A program made the translations under genes and the position numbers. Below the pieces are notes generated by a model that made no database searches, was not told the origin of the DNA, and worked only from the letters and a program-made list of their open reading frames with translations. This document shows, in pieces, positions 27,638 through 37,757 of a stretch of 50,493 nt of DNA. Origin of the DNA: Microgenomates group bacterium GW2011_GWC1_46_15. GTDB taxonomy: Bacteria > Patescibacteriota > Microgenomatia > UBA1400 > UBA12028. The DNA is taken from positions 1 to 50,493 of the forward strand of contig LCLX01000005.1 of the NCBI GenBank assembly GCA_001002285.1. The letters are read 5' to 3'. How positions within the stretch are numbered: the stretch's first letter is position 1; every line of letters starts with the position of its first letter.

Positions 27638-28612
27638 ATGACGAAAAAAAACATTGTGGTTATTGGCGGCGGTACGGGAATTTCAAGCGTGGTGTCCGGG
27701 CTTAAAAATGAACCGGTTGAGTTAACCGCGCTTGTTTCTGTCGCGGACTCTGGTGGTTCAACGGGCCGCCTGCGCGACGAGTTTGGATTTCAGCCTGTCG
27801 GTGACTTGCGGCAGTCCTTAGCAGCGCTTGCAAAAGAAAAAAGTCAGGAATGGATCCGCAAACTCTTACTATACCGTTTTGAAAAGGGAACAGGGCTTAA
27901 TGGTCACAATCTTGGTAACCTTATTCTTACCGCCCTGCAAGATATGGCTGGTTCAACGACAAGTGCATTAGAAGTTGCGGAAAAAATCTTTCAACTCAAT
28001 GGGAAAATTTACCCTGTCACTTCGCAGAATGTTCAGCTCGTTGTGGAGTATGTTGATGGATCGGTTGTGGTTGGTGAGCATCGGTTGGATGACAACGGCG
28101 CGGGGAACAAAAAAATTAAACGGATCCGGTTGTCACCGCGCGCGAAGATTTATAAAAAGGCTGAACAATCAATTTTAAACGCTGATCTCATTGTGATTGG
28201 GCCCGGCGATTACTATGGAAGTATTCTGGCCGCGCTTTCTGTTAATGGAATAAAACGGTGTATGCACGCAACCTCTGCCAAAATTGTCTATGTTGTGAAC
28301 CTTATGACACGGTTTACGCAGACCTATGGAATGACCGCGCGTGATCATCAGCGAGGTATTGAAGAAGCCATTGGACGCACGTGCGATTTGACAATCGTGA
28401 ACTCCAAACCAATTCCTGCTGAAATTCTTGCGATGTATGTGCATGAGCAGGAGTATCCTATTGTGAACGATCTGGCTAAAGGAAAGTATATCTCTGCAGA
28501 TCTTCTTTCTTCTGTACGGTTTACAAAAGTATCTTCTGATCTTGCCCATCGTTCATATCTACGTCATGATGCGAAAAAACTTGCAAAAGTACTCATGCGC
28601 GTGGTGAAATAA
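27638..28612 (+). CDS. yvcK: YvcK/GlmR (CofD-like) family protein
   Basis: 'VVIGGGTG', 'VADSGGSTGRLRDEFG..PVGDLR', 'GHNLGNL', 'IGPG', 'RHD'. Confidence 0.92.
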   Translation: MTKKNIVVIGGGTGISSVVSGLKNEPVELTALVSVADSGGSTGRLRDEFGFQPVGDLRQSLAALAKEKSQEWIRKLLLYRFEKGTGLNGHNLGNLILTALQDMAGSTTSALEVAEKIFQLNGKIYPVTSQNVQLVVEYVDGSVVVGEHRLDDNGAGNKKIKRIRLSPRAKIYKKAEQSILNADLIVIGPGDYYGSILAALSVNGIKRCMHATSAKIVYVVNLMTRFTQTYGMTARDHQRGIEEAIGRTCDLTIVNSKPIPAEILAMYVHEQEYPIVNDLAKGKYISADLLSSVRFTKVSSDLAHRSYLRHDAKKLAKVLMRVVK

Positions 28613-28619
28613 GGAGCGC

Positions 28620-29384
28620 ATGACTACACCACTTCCAACTTTTTCCACAGTCCAAGCCATTGTCCTCGCCGGTGGCCGTGGTACCCGCATGAAAGCGGTT
28701 GAAAAAAACAAGGTGATGTACGAAGTCGGCGGCAAGCCAATGATCTCGTACTCGGTTTCCGCGCTCAAAGAACTAGGAATAGAAAGACCGATTGTTGTGA
28801 TAGGGTTCTCTAAGGAGAGTATTCAGGAGTACCTCAAGGATACTGTTGAGTACGCAATTCAGGCTGAAGCCAAAGGAACCGCTGATGCTGTCCGTTCAGC
28901 TATGCCGCAGATCAAACCAGACACACAAAATGTTTTTGTACTCTACGGCGACCATACCACTTTTTACACCGCAAAAGTTCTTCGCCAATTATTCGATCAT
29001 CACATTGCCAGTGGGGCTGGTATGACATTAATTACCACGCACACCGAACCTGCCGGGTATGGCCGGGTTCTGCGCGATGCAAACGGCGCAATGATCGGCG
29101 TTGTAGAAGAAAAAGTTGCGACTGAGGAACAGAAAAAAATCCGTGAGATTAATACAGGTAACGCGGTATACACCGCGGAGTTTCTCAAGAAATATCTGTC
29201 AAAAATTGAGATGAACCCAGTTTCCGGCGAGTACTACTTCACCGATATTATCGAGCTTGGCTTCCGCGGGCACGAGAAAATCGAAACGTTTGTTGTTGAG
29301 GATGAACTTGTCGCGGTGGGTATTAACACACCAGATCAGCTCCAGAATGCCGAGCAGCTCATGAAAGGTGTGAAAAAGGGCTAG
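28620..29384 (+). CDS. GlmU-like N-acetylglucosamine-1-phosphate uridyltransferase, N-terminal domain only
   Basis: 'LAGGRGTRMK', 'GTADAV', 'YGD', 'GYGRVLR', 'VEEK', 'EINTG', 'GEYYFTD', 'GINT..QL..AE'. Ends exactly where the hexapeptide acetyltransferase domain would start. Confidence 0.85.
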   Translation: MTTPLPTFSTVQAIVLAGGRGTRMKAVEKNKVMYEVGGKPMISYSVSALKELGIERPIVVIGFSKESIQEYLKDTVEYAIQAEAKGTADAVRSAMPQIKPDTQNVFVLYGDHTTFYTAKVLRQLFDHHIASGAGMTLITTHTEPAGYGRVLRDANGAMIGVVEEKVATEEQKKIREINTGNAVYTAEFLKKYLSKIEMNPVSGEYYFTDIIELGFRGHEKIETFVVEDELVAVGINTPDQLQNAEQLMKGVKKG

Positions 29385-29386
29385 GT

Positions 29387-30088
29387 GTGACACACGCTTC
29401 CAAACTTGAAATGTTTCCAGGATGTTTTGCGGCGTACTCTACCCGCGCAGATGGTTCAATGGATACACCTGAACAGGCATTAGCGTGGGTTCATATACGC
29501 ACTCCGAGCAAAAATGGGACATATCTCCATTTGGAACACGGAACAACCGTTGTTCTCGATGAAAACCCAGCACATGAACTTCAAGGTGACGCAATTATTT
29601 CTCAGCAGATTAACCACGCTCTACTATTCCGTGTCGCCGATTGTGTGCCAATAGCGCTTTTCCACTCTCAATCGCATACTTTTGGACTGATTCACGGCGG
29701 CTGGCGGTCTTTGGCGGGTGGTATTGTAGAAAAAACACTGAACCAGTTTTTGCGTGTTTCCCATGCAGATCCTCAAGAAATATGCGTGTGGATAGGCCCA
29801 TCACTGCGTTCATGCTGTAACGTTATTGAGCGTGATAACCCATTATCCAAGCTTCCAGAATGGAAATCCTTTTTACACATCGAGAAAAACGAAAAAACAA
29901 GTGTGGATTTACAAGGTTTTTGTTCAGCTGAATTGGCGCAGGCAGGAGTTTCTCGTGTACACATCAAAGATTCTGGTCTTTGCACCTATCACAACCCCGA
30001 TTTTTACTCGTACCGCCACTTTAGGCGGGAACAAGACCAGTCGGCGCATGGTAGAATAGCTGTTGGTATCTGGATGAACAACACATGA
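29387..30088 (+). CDS. pgeF: PgeF/YfiH/YlmD (polyphenol oxidase-like) peptidoglycan editing factor
   Basis: His-Cys-His triad 'EHG', 'ADCVPI', 'HGGWR'; also 'IGPS', 'CT', 'FYSYR'. Confidence 0.88.
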   Translation: MTHASKLEMFPGCFAAYSTRADGSMDTPEQALAWVHIRTPSKNGTYLHLEHGTTVVLDENPAHELQGDAIISQQINHALLFRVADCVPIALFHSQSHTFGLIHGGWRSLAGGIVEKTLNQFLRVSHADPQEICVWIGPSLRSCCNVIERDNPLSKLPEWKSFLHIEKNEKTSVDLQGFCSAELAQAGVSRVHIKDSGLCTYHNPDFYSYRHFRREQDQSAHGRIAVGIWMNNT

Positions 30089-31437
30089 CCTCTGCCACAA
30101 CACTTCCTTTTCAAGACAGTACACACATCCATCTTGTTGGTATGAAAGGTGTTGCGATGACCGCGCTTGCGCAATGTCTTTTGGATTTGGGGAAACAGGT
30201 GACAGGTAGTGATGTAGAAGAAGATTTTGTAACAAAACACCTTTTGGACACATTTCATGTTCCAGTGAAAATAGGTTTTCATGCGAGCAATATAAGTGAA
30301 CAAACAGATTGTGTGATATACACAGGAGCGCACAACGGAAGTAAAAATCCAGAAGTCATTGAAGCAAAAAAAAGAGGTATTCTTGTACTCAGCCATGCTG
30401 AGGCACTTGGTCTTTTCATGCGTGGAAAACGCGGTGTTGCAGTCTGCGGTGTGGGTGGAAAAACGACCACGACGGCAATGTTGGCATGGATTTTAGAGTC
30501 TGCTGGCCAGAAGTCAAGCTATGCCATTGGTGTGGGAAATGTTTTCAACCTCCAGCGTACCGGTGTGTATCATAAAGAAAGTGAATGGTTTATCACTGAA
30601 GCCGATGAGTATGCCACCGACCCAGGCCACGACAATACACCGCGGTTTATGCATCTAAACCCGGAGGTCATTATCTGTACGCGTGTTGCGTATGACCATC
30701 CTGATATGTACCCCGGGTTTAAGGAAACGCAAGATGCGTACCTTGCATTTTTTGCAAAACTTCCACAGAACGGAGTCTTCATTGTGCCGGAAGAAGCTGT
30801 TGCTCTTTTTGGCAAACGGTTAAGTGTCCTTCAAGAAGAAAAGAAGTTTTCGGTGTTCACATATATCCAGCCGGACTCTGCTATCAATCTTAAAATCCCC
30901 GGAGAGTATAACAGAATGAATGCACAGGCGGCATTGTTGGCTGCAACACACATGGGGATTTCTCAGGAAGCTGCCGTGCGCGCGCTTGCACAATTTTCCG
31001 GGACAATGCGGAGATTTGAACATGTAGGCAATACGGGGGGTATTGAGCGGTACGATGACTACGCGCATCACCCGGATGAAATAACGGCAGTCCTGCGTTC
31101 TCTCAAGGAAAAATATCCAAAGAGTACTAAGGTTGTTCTTTTTCAACCACATACATACAGTAGAACACTTTCGTTGCTCAATGAGTTTTCACAGTGTTTC
31201 ACGGACGCCGATCAAGTATATCTTCTTGATATCTTCGCTTCCGCGCGCGAAAAAGAAAATCCAGGAGTATCTTCCGATATGCTTGCAGAACTCATGAAAA
31301 AACAAGGAAAACAGGCAGAAAACCTTAAAACGCTTCCTTTGGCGGCAGAAAAACTCAATACAATTCTTAAGCCTGGTGATGTGTTCATGACCCTTGGGGC
31401 GGGAGATGTTTATCACGTCCATTCCATGATAAAATAA
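30085..31437 (+). CDS. murC: UDP-MurNAc--L-alanine ligase
   Basis: 'IHLVGMKGVAMTALA', 'GKTTTT', 'EADEY', 'DDYAHHP.EI', 'FQPHTYSRT', 'GAGD'. Confidence 0.95.
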   Translation: MTSATTLPFQDSTHIHLVGMKGVAMTALAQCLLDLGKQVTGSDVEEDFVTKHLLDTFHVPVKIGFHASNISEQTDCVIYTGAHNGSKNPEVIEAKKRGILVLSHAEALGLFMRGKRGVAVCGVGGKTTTTAMLAWILESAGQKSSYAIGVGNVFNLQRTGVYHKESEWFITEADEYATDPGHDNTPRFMHLNPEVIICTRVAYDHPDMYPGFKETQDAYLAFFAKLPQNGVFIVPEEAVALFGKRLSVLQEEKKFSVFTYIQPDSAINLKIPGEYNRMNAQAALLAATHMGISQEAAVRALAQFSGTMRRFEHVGNTGGIERYDDYAHHPDEITAVLRSLKEKYPKSTKVVLFQPHTYSRTLSLLNEFSQCFTDADQVYLLDIFASAREKENPGVSSDMLAELMKKQGKQAENLKTLPLAAEKLNTILKPGDVFMTLGAGDVYHVHSMIK

Positions 31438-32372
31438 TGGGAATGGAATCACCCCTTATACATCGTCTGAAAACGCGGTTCCCAACGGCGCAGTTTCAGG
31501 AGCATGAAAAGCTTTCCAATCATACGTATTTTAAAATTGGCGGACCCGCTGAAGTGTTTATTGTTGTTCGCGAGACTCAACTTTTAGCCGACCTTGTCTC
31601 ATTGTGTGTCAAAGAACATATCCATTTCATAATTTTTGGCGGCGGAAGCAATGTGCTTGTTACTGACGACCTCATTCCCGGCCTTGTCATAAAAAATCTT
31701 ACGCAGGGCGTTCGCATCGAAAAAACACCAGATGGTGGCAGTATCTTTGTGGAAAGTGGTGTGCCGACAAACGTGCTGGTCCGCAGGGCTATTGATGAGG
31801 GGCTCGCTGGTCTTGAGTACTTTCTCGGCGTTCCTGGCTCTGTTGGCGGGGCAGTGTACAACAACTCGCACTACATGAATCAACTCATTGGCGAACACAT
31901 CGAAAGCATTGACGTTATTGAAGCAAAAACCGGCGAAAAGAAAACAATGAAAAACGTTGAGCTTCAGTATAAATACGACTACTCGATTTTGCAGGAAACA
32001 CACGATATTGTGCTGTCGGCAAAGTTTGTTCTTAAAACGGGAAATAAAGAAGAGCTTGAACAGCGGGCGCGTGAAGCGACCACAAAACGCGCCAACACTC
32101 AGCCACTTGGTATTCCAAGTTCCGGGTGCATGTTTCAAAACGCAATCATGCCCGATGGGAAAATGGTTTCTGCGGGCTACTTAATCGACCAAGCGGGACT
32201 TAAAGGGACGCGCGTTGGTGATGCGATGGTGAGCGACAAACACGCGAGTTTTATTGTGAATGTTGGTTCTGCAACCGCAAAACAGGTTGATGAGTTAGCA
32301 GAGTTAGTAAAAAACACCGTGAAGGACAAGTTCGGTGTAGTATTGAAACGGGAAGTGTTCTCATTAGGATAA
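31437..32372 (+). CDS. murB: UDP-N-acetylenolpyruvoylglucosamine reductase
   Basis: 'TYFKIGGPA', 'GGGSNVL', 'GVPGSVGGAVYNN', 'QP..PSSGCMFQN' (Cys at the usual catalytic Ser), 'VSDKHA.FIVN'. Confidence 0.95.
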   Translation: MGMESPLIHRLKTRFPTAQFQEHEKLSNHTYFKIGGPAEVFIVVRETQLLADLVSLCVKEHIHFIIFGGGSNVLVTDDLIPGLVIKNLTQGVRIEKTPDGGSIFVESGVPTNVLVRRAIDEGLAGLEYFLGVPGSVGGAVYNNSHYMNQLIGEHIESIDVIEAKTGEKKTMKNVELQYKYDYSILQETHDIVLSAKFVLKTGNKEELEQRAREATTKRANTQPLGIPSSGCMFQNAIMPDGKMVSAGYLIDQAGLKGTRVGDAMVSDKHASFIVNVGSATAKQVDELAELVKNTVKDKFGVVLKREVFSLG

Positions 32373-32373
32373 T

Positions 32374-33723
32374 ATGCACCATCAATCATTCATCATTCAT
32401 GGGGGAAAGCCGTTATTTGGTTCAGTGCGTTTGGGTGGCGCGAAAAATGCAAGTTTCAAGTTGATGATTGCTTCGCTGCTGGCAAAGGGTGAGACGCGGC
32501 TCCTCAATTTTTCGCACATTAAAGATGTTGAGATCACGCGCGAAATTCTCGAAGAACTTGGTGCTTCCACGCGAAATGCGGGAGAACGCACGGTGTTTAT
32601 TTCCACACAAGGTTTACATTCACACGTTATTTCGGAAAAGTATGGAAAACTTTCCCGCGCTTCCACCCTCTTTTTGGGACCGCTTCTTGCGCGTTTTTGC
32701 AAAGCCGTTGTTCCTTTTCCTGGTGGAGATCAAATTGGCGCGCGTCCGATTGATCGGCATTTGGATGGACTCATCGCGCTTGGAGCAAAAATACACCGTA
32801 CAGCAAGCACCATTGAGGCGGAGTGTGATGGCAGACTCCATGGCACAACGTATACATTTGAAAAAAGCACACATACCGGAACCGAAACGATGATTATGGC
32901 TGCGGTGCTTGCGGAGGGAAAAACAGTTTTGAACAATGTCGCACTGGAACCGGAAATTGACGATCTCATCGAGTTTTTAAACAACATGGGCGCGAAAATT
33001 CAACGGCACGCCAATCGCGTGATTGAAATTGAAGGCGTCAAAGAACTTACTCCAACGATTCATCGCATTATGCCAGACAGAAACGAAGCCGTGTCGTACG
33101 CGTGCGCGGCAATCGCGACCCACGGAGACATCATTGTTGAAAACGCACGGCACCAACACTTAAAAGCATTTTTAGACAAACTAGATGAGATGGGCGCGGG
33201 GTATGAAGTTGGAACGTACGGTATCCGGTTTTTTGCGAAGAACGGGCTAAAAGCAGTTGACGTCGTAACGGCCCCGCATCCCGGCTTTATGACCGACTGG
33301 CAACCACTGTGGGCGGTTTTACTCACGCAAACACAAGGAAAAAGCGTGATTCATGAGACCGTTTCGGAAAATCGGTTTCAATATGTTCCACTGTTGCAAA
33401 ACATGGGTGCCGAAATCCGTTTATTCAATCCAGAAGTGAAAAAATTGGAAGATGTGTACGAGTTTGACGTATCGCATGGTCCTCCGGAAGGGTATCGCGC
33501 GGCAGAGATCACCGGCGTTTCCCCGCTCAAAGCGGGTGAGTTTACGGTTCCCGACCTTCGTGCCGGAGCAACGTTAGTTTTGGCTGGTTTAGTTGCGCAC
33601 GGAACAACAACGCTGCACAATATTGAGCAGATCGATCGTGGATACGAAGAACTGGATAGTAGATTACGAGGTATGGGTGCAGAAGTAGTGCGTTCGACGG
33701 AAAACGAAGAAAAAACGGAGTAA
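32374..33723 (+). CDS. murA: UDP-GlcNAc 1-carboxyvinyltransferase
   Basis: 'GAKNA', 'RAS', 'PGGDQIGARPIDRH', 'EPEI', 'PHPGFMTD.Q', 'ENRF', 'DLRAGA', 'IDRGY'. Confidence 0.95.
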   Translation: MHHQSFIIHGGKPLFGSVRLGGAKNASFKLMIASLLAKGETRLLNFSHIKDVEITREILEELGASTRNAGERTVFISTQGLHSHVISEKYGKLSRASTLFLGPLLARFCKAVVPFPGGDQIGARPIDRHLDGLIALGAKIHRTASTIEAECDGRLHGTTYTFEKSTHTGTETMIMAAVLAEGKTVLNNVALEPEIDDLIEFLNNMGAKIQRHANRVIEIEGVKELTPTIHRIMPDRNEAVSYACAAIATHGDIIVENARHQHLKAFLDKLDEMGAGYEVGTYGIRFFAKNGLKAVDVVTAPHPGFMTDWQPLWAVLLTQTQGKSVIHETVSENRFQYVPLLQNMGAEIRLFNPEVKKLEDVYEFDVSHGPPEGYRAAEITGVSPLKAGEFTVPDLRAGATLVLAGLVAHGTTTLHNIEQIDRGYEELDSRLRGMGAEVVRSTENEEKTE

Positions 33724-33726
33724 TGT

Positions 33727-34758
33727 ATGGCACTTATTTTAGGTTTATTGCTATTTTCATTCATCGTAACAAGTGTGTGTATTGTGCCGTTCATTAACAC
33801 GCTGTACGCGTTAAAGTTTCAGCGGAAAAACAAAAAAAGCAAAGATATGTTTGGATTTGCAACGCCTATTTTTGACGCATTGCACAAACACAAAACAGGA
33901 ACACCGATCGGCGCGGGACTTCTTTTAATTGCTGTTGTATCGCTCTTATTTGCCTCTATTTTCCCTTTGCTTAAGTACTTGGGCATCTCAATCACACAAG
34001 TCTATCCGTTGGAGAAAGAATTAAACGTGATTTTCTTCACCTTCCTATCTTTTGGTCTTCTTGGGTTGTATGACGATATTAAAAAGTTTTTTGGATTTGA
34101 AAAATCTGGATTTTTTGGATTACGGTTATCGCAGAAACTTGCTGTGCAACTCGGTCTTGCGGTCATTATTTCATTGATGTTGTATGGATCGCTTGGAATC
34201 TCCATCGTAAACATTCCGTTTTTTGGCGTTGTGCACATGGGTTTATGGTTTATTCCATTTGCCGCGTTTGTGATTGTGTCGTTTGCCAACGCGGTAAACA
34301 TCACCGATGGTTTAGATGGACTTGCGGGTGGCGTGTTAATGATCTGCCTTTTTGGTTTATGGTTTCTTTCCGCGGCAATTTTAGATACACCGCTGGCCAT
34401 TTTTCTCACGCTGTGGATTGGTTCATTAATCGCGTTTCTTTACTTCAATGTGTATCCTGCAAGAATCATGATGGGCGACGTTGGCGCGCTTGCGTTTGGA
34501 GCAACGTTGGCGGTTGTCGGTCTCCTACTTGGGAAAATTATGGCCCTGCTCATTATTGGTGGAATCTTTGTTGTTGAAGTTGGTTCAAGTCTTTTGCAGA
34601 TTCTTTCCAAACGCATACGCAAACAAAAACTTTTCTCAGCTTCACCTGTGCATTTATGGTTGCAGCACCGCGGATGGCACGAAACAAAAATTGTTCAGCG
34701 CGCCTGGCTTACCGGCATCGTACTTACCCTATTCGGGGTGTGGCTTGCGTTTGTATAA
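33727..34758 (+). CDS. mraY: Phospho-MurNAc-pentapeptide transferase
   Basis: 'HKTGTP', 'GLYDD', 'NAVNITDGLDGLA', 'FNVYPARIMMGDVG', 'P.H'. Confidence 0.93.
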   Translation: MALILGLLLFSFIVTSVCIVPFINTLYALKFQRKNKKSKDMFGFATPIFDALHKHKTGTPIGAGLLLIAVVSLLFASIFPLLKYLGISITQVYPLEKELNVIFFTFLSFGLLGLYDDIKKFFGFEKSGFFGLRLSQKLAVQLGLAVIISLMLYGSLGISIVNIPFFGVVHMGLWFIPFAAFVIVSFANAVNITDGLDGLAGGVLMICLFGLWFLSAAILDTPLAIFLTLWIGSLIAFLYFNVYPARIMMGDVGALAFGATLAVVGLLLGKIMALLIIGGIFVVEVGSSLLQILSKRIRKQKLFSASPVHLWLQHRGWHETKIVQRAWLTGIVLTLFGVWLAFV

Positions 34759-34764
34759 TCCGTT

Positions 34765-35853
34765 ATGAAACTTCATTTTTTTCGTGCGCTATCAAAGCAT
34801 CCTGAACGTCTGATGTTTTTGACAATCTTGCTGTTATTAATTGCAGGAGTGTTGTTTGTGTTCGATGCGTCGGTTGCGGAAGCGTTTTATCAGTTCGGAG
34901 ATAAGTATTACTTTGCAAAACAACAAATGATATGGGTTGGCCTTGGACTGTCCGCGCTTGTTGTGTGCTCTTTTATTCCGGTGAGAGTATGGAAAATGGT
35001 CAGCACACCAGTATTTTTTCTTTCCGTTGCCCTGCTGGTGTTGGTTCTCATTCCTGGTGTTGGTACGACAGTTCAAGGCGCGCAGCGATGGATTGTGTAC
35101 GGTGGGTTTCGGTTTCAGCCTGCGGAGTTAGCAAAGTTGGCGGTGATTTTTTACTTTCCTACCTGGCTGATACACCACCAGCGCATTGGTCCATTCGCGT
35201 TTTTTACATCTTTATTGTTTGGACTGCTTTTGTTTCAGCCAGATCTTGGTACCGCCCTCGTGCTCATGGCAATCTGCGTGGGGCTATACGTTTCCGCAGG
35301 GGGGTCGTGGAAGTACATCGTAGGGTTTGGTGGTGTTGGTATACTCGGAGTTTTATTGATTGTGCTGGTGTCTCCGTATCGTATGCAAAGAATTACTGCT
35401 TTTTTAAATCCTGAAACGGATCCCTTGGGCGCGTCATATCACATCCGGCAGATTACAATCGCGCTTGGTTCCGGCGGGTTGTTCGGACAGGGTATCGGAC
35501 AGTCTCGGCAGAAGTATCAATACATTCCTGAAGCGAGTACTGACTCCATTTTCGCGATCGCGGCAGAAGAGATTGGGTTTATCGGCGCGCTCGTCATGCT
35601 TGGACTTTTCAGCGTCGTGTTTATCCAAGGCTTTGCTATTGCGGAAAAAACGAAAGATCCATATGAAAAACTGGTCGCAACAGGAATTGTGATTTGGGTA
35701 ACGGCACAAACGATATTGAATCTGGGGTCAATTGTTGCGCTGGTCCCGTTAACAGGTGTTCCACTGCCATTTATTTCGTATGGAGGCTCTTCTTTGATCT
35801 CTTTACTTGCAGGCAGCGGTATACTCATTGGTATTGGAAGGAGAACGGCGTGA
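34765..35853 (+). CDS. ftsW: SEDS peptidoglycan polymerase FtsW
   Basis: 'GAQRWI', 'FQPAELAK', 'QPDLGT', 'PEASTDSIFA', 'P.TG.PLPFISYGGSS'; located between mraY and murG. Confidence 0.93.
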   Translation: MKLHFFRALSKHPERLMFLTILLLLIAGVLFVFDASVAEAFYQFGDKYYFAKQQMIWVGLGLSALVVCSFIPVRVWKMVSTPVFFLSVALLVLVLIPGVGTTVQGAQRWIVYGGFRFQPAELAKLAVIFYFPTWLIHHQRIGPFAFFTSLLFGLLLFQPDLGTALVLMAICVGLYVSAGGSWKYIVGFGGVGILGVLLIVLVSPYRMQRITAFLNPETDPLGASYHIRQITIALGSGGLFGQGIGQSRQKYQYIPEASTDSIFAIAAEEIGFIGALVMLGLFSVVFIQGFAIAEKTKDPYEKLVATGIVIWVTAQTILNLGSIVALVPLTGVPLPFISYGGSSLISLLAGSGILIGIGRRTA

Positions 35854-36995
35854 AGATTTTAATCTCTGGAGGTCATCTTACCCCGGCGCTTGCGGTGATT
35901 CATGCGATCCGGCAACGCTCACCAAGAACGCAGGTTGTGTTTGTTGGACGCGAGTACATGCAGGAAAAAGAAAAAATGCAAAGCCGCGAGCGGGAAGAGA
36001 TTGAAAAACAGCACATGAAGTTTTATGAAATTCCTGCGGCAAAGTTTCACCGCACGCACGTATTCCGCAACGCTGAAGAGTTTTTCCGTTTCATTCCATC
36101 AATTAAAAAGTCGTACGACATTATTCACTCAGAAAAACCCGATATCTTTTTGTCGTTTGGTGGGTACTTGGCGGTTCCACTTGCGCTCGTTTCACGAGGC
36201 CTTGGTATCCCAGTACTGACGCACGAGCAAACAAAGACCGCGGGCATGGCAAATCAGCTTATCGCGCATATTGCGACAAAAGTATTAATTTCATACGAAG
36301 ATTCCAAACAATTTTTCCCACGCAAGAAAACATTATTTACGGGCAACCCTTTGCGTCCATCGTTTGCGCGTAACTTCCGCAAAAAACCAGAATGGCTCAA
36401 ACAAGTTCCGCTCACTCTTCCGCTTGTGTATGTAACAGGAGGAAGCCAAGGGTCGCATATTATCAATCAGACGCTGCGGAATATTTTGCCGGAACTCACA
36501 CAGTCATACCTCGTGGTACACCAATGTGGAGCATCACAAGGTTCGAGTTATTTGCACGATCTAGAAGAGGCGAAAGCGGTTCTTCCTCCGCAGAAGCAAA
36601 AACGGTATATTCTCCGCGAATGGATTAGTGAGGAAGATGTTGCGTGGTTGTTCCAGCATGCCGCGCTTGTTGTCGCGCGGTCGGGTGCAAACACGGTGCA
36701 CGAAATTGCTGTGAGCAAAGTTCCGGCAATTTTTATTCCGCTTCCATTTGCGCACAATAATGAGCAGGTTAAAAATGCCATGCCGTTAGTTGACCAAGGA
36801 AGCGCGGTGATCCTTCCACAAAAAGATCTTGTTCCGTCAATTCTTTTACAAACTATCCGAGGAGCAATACGGAGAAAAGAAACGATGCAGAAACATGCCG
36901 ATTTGGCGGGAACACAAGAAATGAACGATGCCGCGTCCCGCATCGCGGAGTACTGCTTTACCCTGTATGAATACACAAAACATCACAAGAAATAA
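35850..36995 (+). CDS. murG: MurG GlcNAc transferase
   Basis: 'SGGHLTPA', 'FGGY', 'HEQ', 'TGNPLR', 'TGGSQG', 'RSGANTV.E', 'EQVKNA'. GTG overlaps the ftsW stop. Confidence 0.95.
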   Translation: MKILISGGHLTPALAVIHAIRQRSPRTQVVFVGREYMQEKEKMQSREREEIEKQHMKFYEIPAAKFHRTHVFRNAEEFFRFIPSIKKSYDIIHSEKPDIFLSFGGYLAVPLALVSRGLGIPVLTHEQTKTAGMANQLIAHIATKVLISYEDSKQFFPRKKTLFTGNPLRPSFARNFRKKPEWLKQVPLTLPLVYVTGGSQGSHIINQTLRNILPELTQSYLVVHQCGASQGSSYLHDLEEAKAVLPPQKQKRYILREWISEEDVAWLFQHAALVVARSGANTVHEIAVSKVPAIFIPLPFAHNNEQVKNAMPLVDQGSAVILPQKDLVPSILLQTIRGAIRRKETMQKHADLAGTQEMNDAASRIAEYCFTLYEYTKHHKK

Positions 36996-37719
36996 GAGCG
37001 CAGACACGCCGTTTCTCCGTAGAAATAAAAAACTCATCTTTACGCTCGTTTTTGTTGCGTTGTGGATTGTTGCGATTGTGTTTGGGTTACAGATCACAAA
37101 GATTTCACGCGTAGAATGTTTTATGCAGGACGATAAAGTGTGTGAGGAAGCAGTTCAGGCAGAGTTTAATGGACTGCGTGGATCGTCACTTTTTTCATTT
37201 TATCCAAACGACATTGAGAAAAAAGTAAAAAGGGCCCGGCCGGAAGTTCAATACATTTCGTACAAAAAAATACTGCCAAACACACTGCGCGTTCTTCTTG
37301 TTTCATATCCAGAATCTTTCCAGTTTTCATCAACAGGAAACCCGCCGTACGCGATTGTAAATGAAGCTGGAGTTGTGATGAGTGTTGAGCAGGATCTCCG
37401 CGATGGCGCGGTGTATACGTTAGCTACCGCAAGTTCCCGCATATACAGTCCAGGAGAAAAACTTGAAGGAGAGATAGGGAATGCTCTTGTTGTTGTTGCG
37501 CAAGCGGTGAAAAAAACATCGTTGCGCGTGCGTATCTGCCGGTACGCGAATCAGGATGAAATAACGTGTACGCTTGAAACCAACAGGATGTTCCTTATCC
37601 ATGCGCGGGATGTTGATAAAGAGCTCACCACTTTACAGCGTATCTTGAATGACGCTACAATGAACGAGTATATGGGCGTTATTGACGTCCGTTTTGCACA
37701 GCCTGTTTTCCGCGAGTAA
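36967..37719 (+). CDS. ftsQ: FtsQ/DivIB-like protein
   Basis: Basic N-terminus, one TM, POTRA-like 'KKILPNTLRV', C-terminal 'IDVRFAQPV'; immediately before ftsA. Confidence 0.75.
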   Translation: MNTQNITRNKSADTPFLRRNKKLIFTLVFVALWIVAIVFGLQITKISRVECFMQDDKVCEEAVQAEFNGLRGSSLFSFYPNDIEKKVKRARPEVQYISYKKILPNTLRVLLVSYPESFQFSSTGNPPYAIVNEAGVVMSVEQDLRDGAVYTLATASSRIYSPGEKLEGEIGNALVVVAQAVKKTSLRVRICRYANQDEITCTLETNRMFLIHARDVDKELTTLQRILNDATMNEYMGVIDVRFAQPVFRE

Positions 37720-37757
37720 TGCGGGAGTGGGTAGAGGAAGAGAAAAAGAAAGTATTC

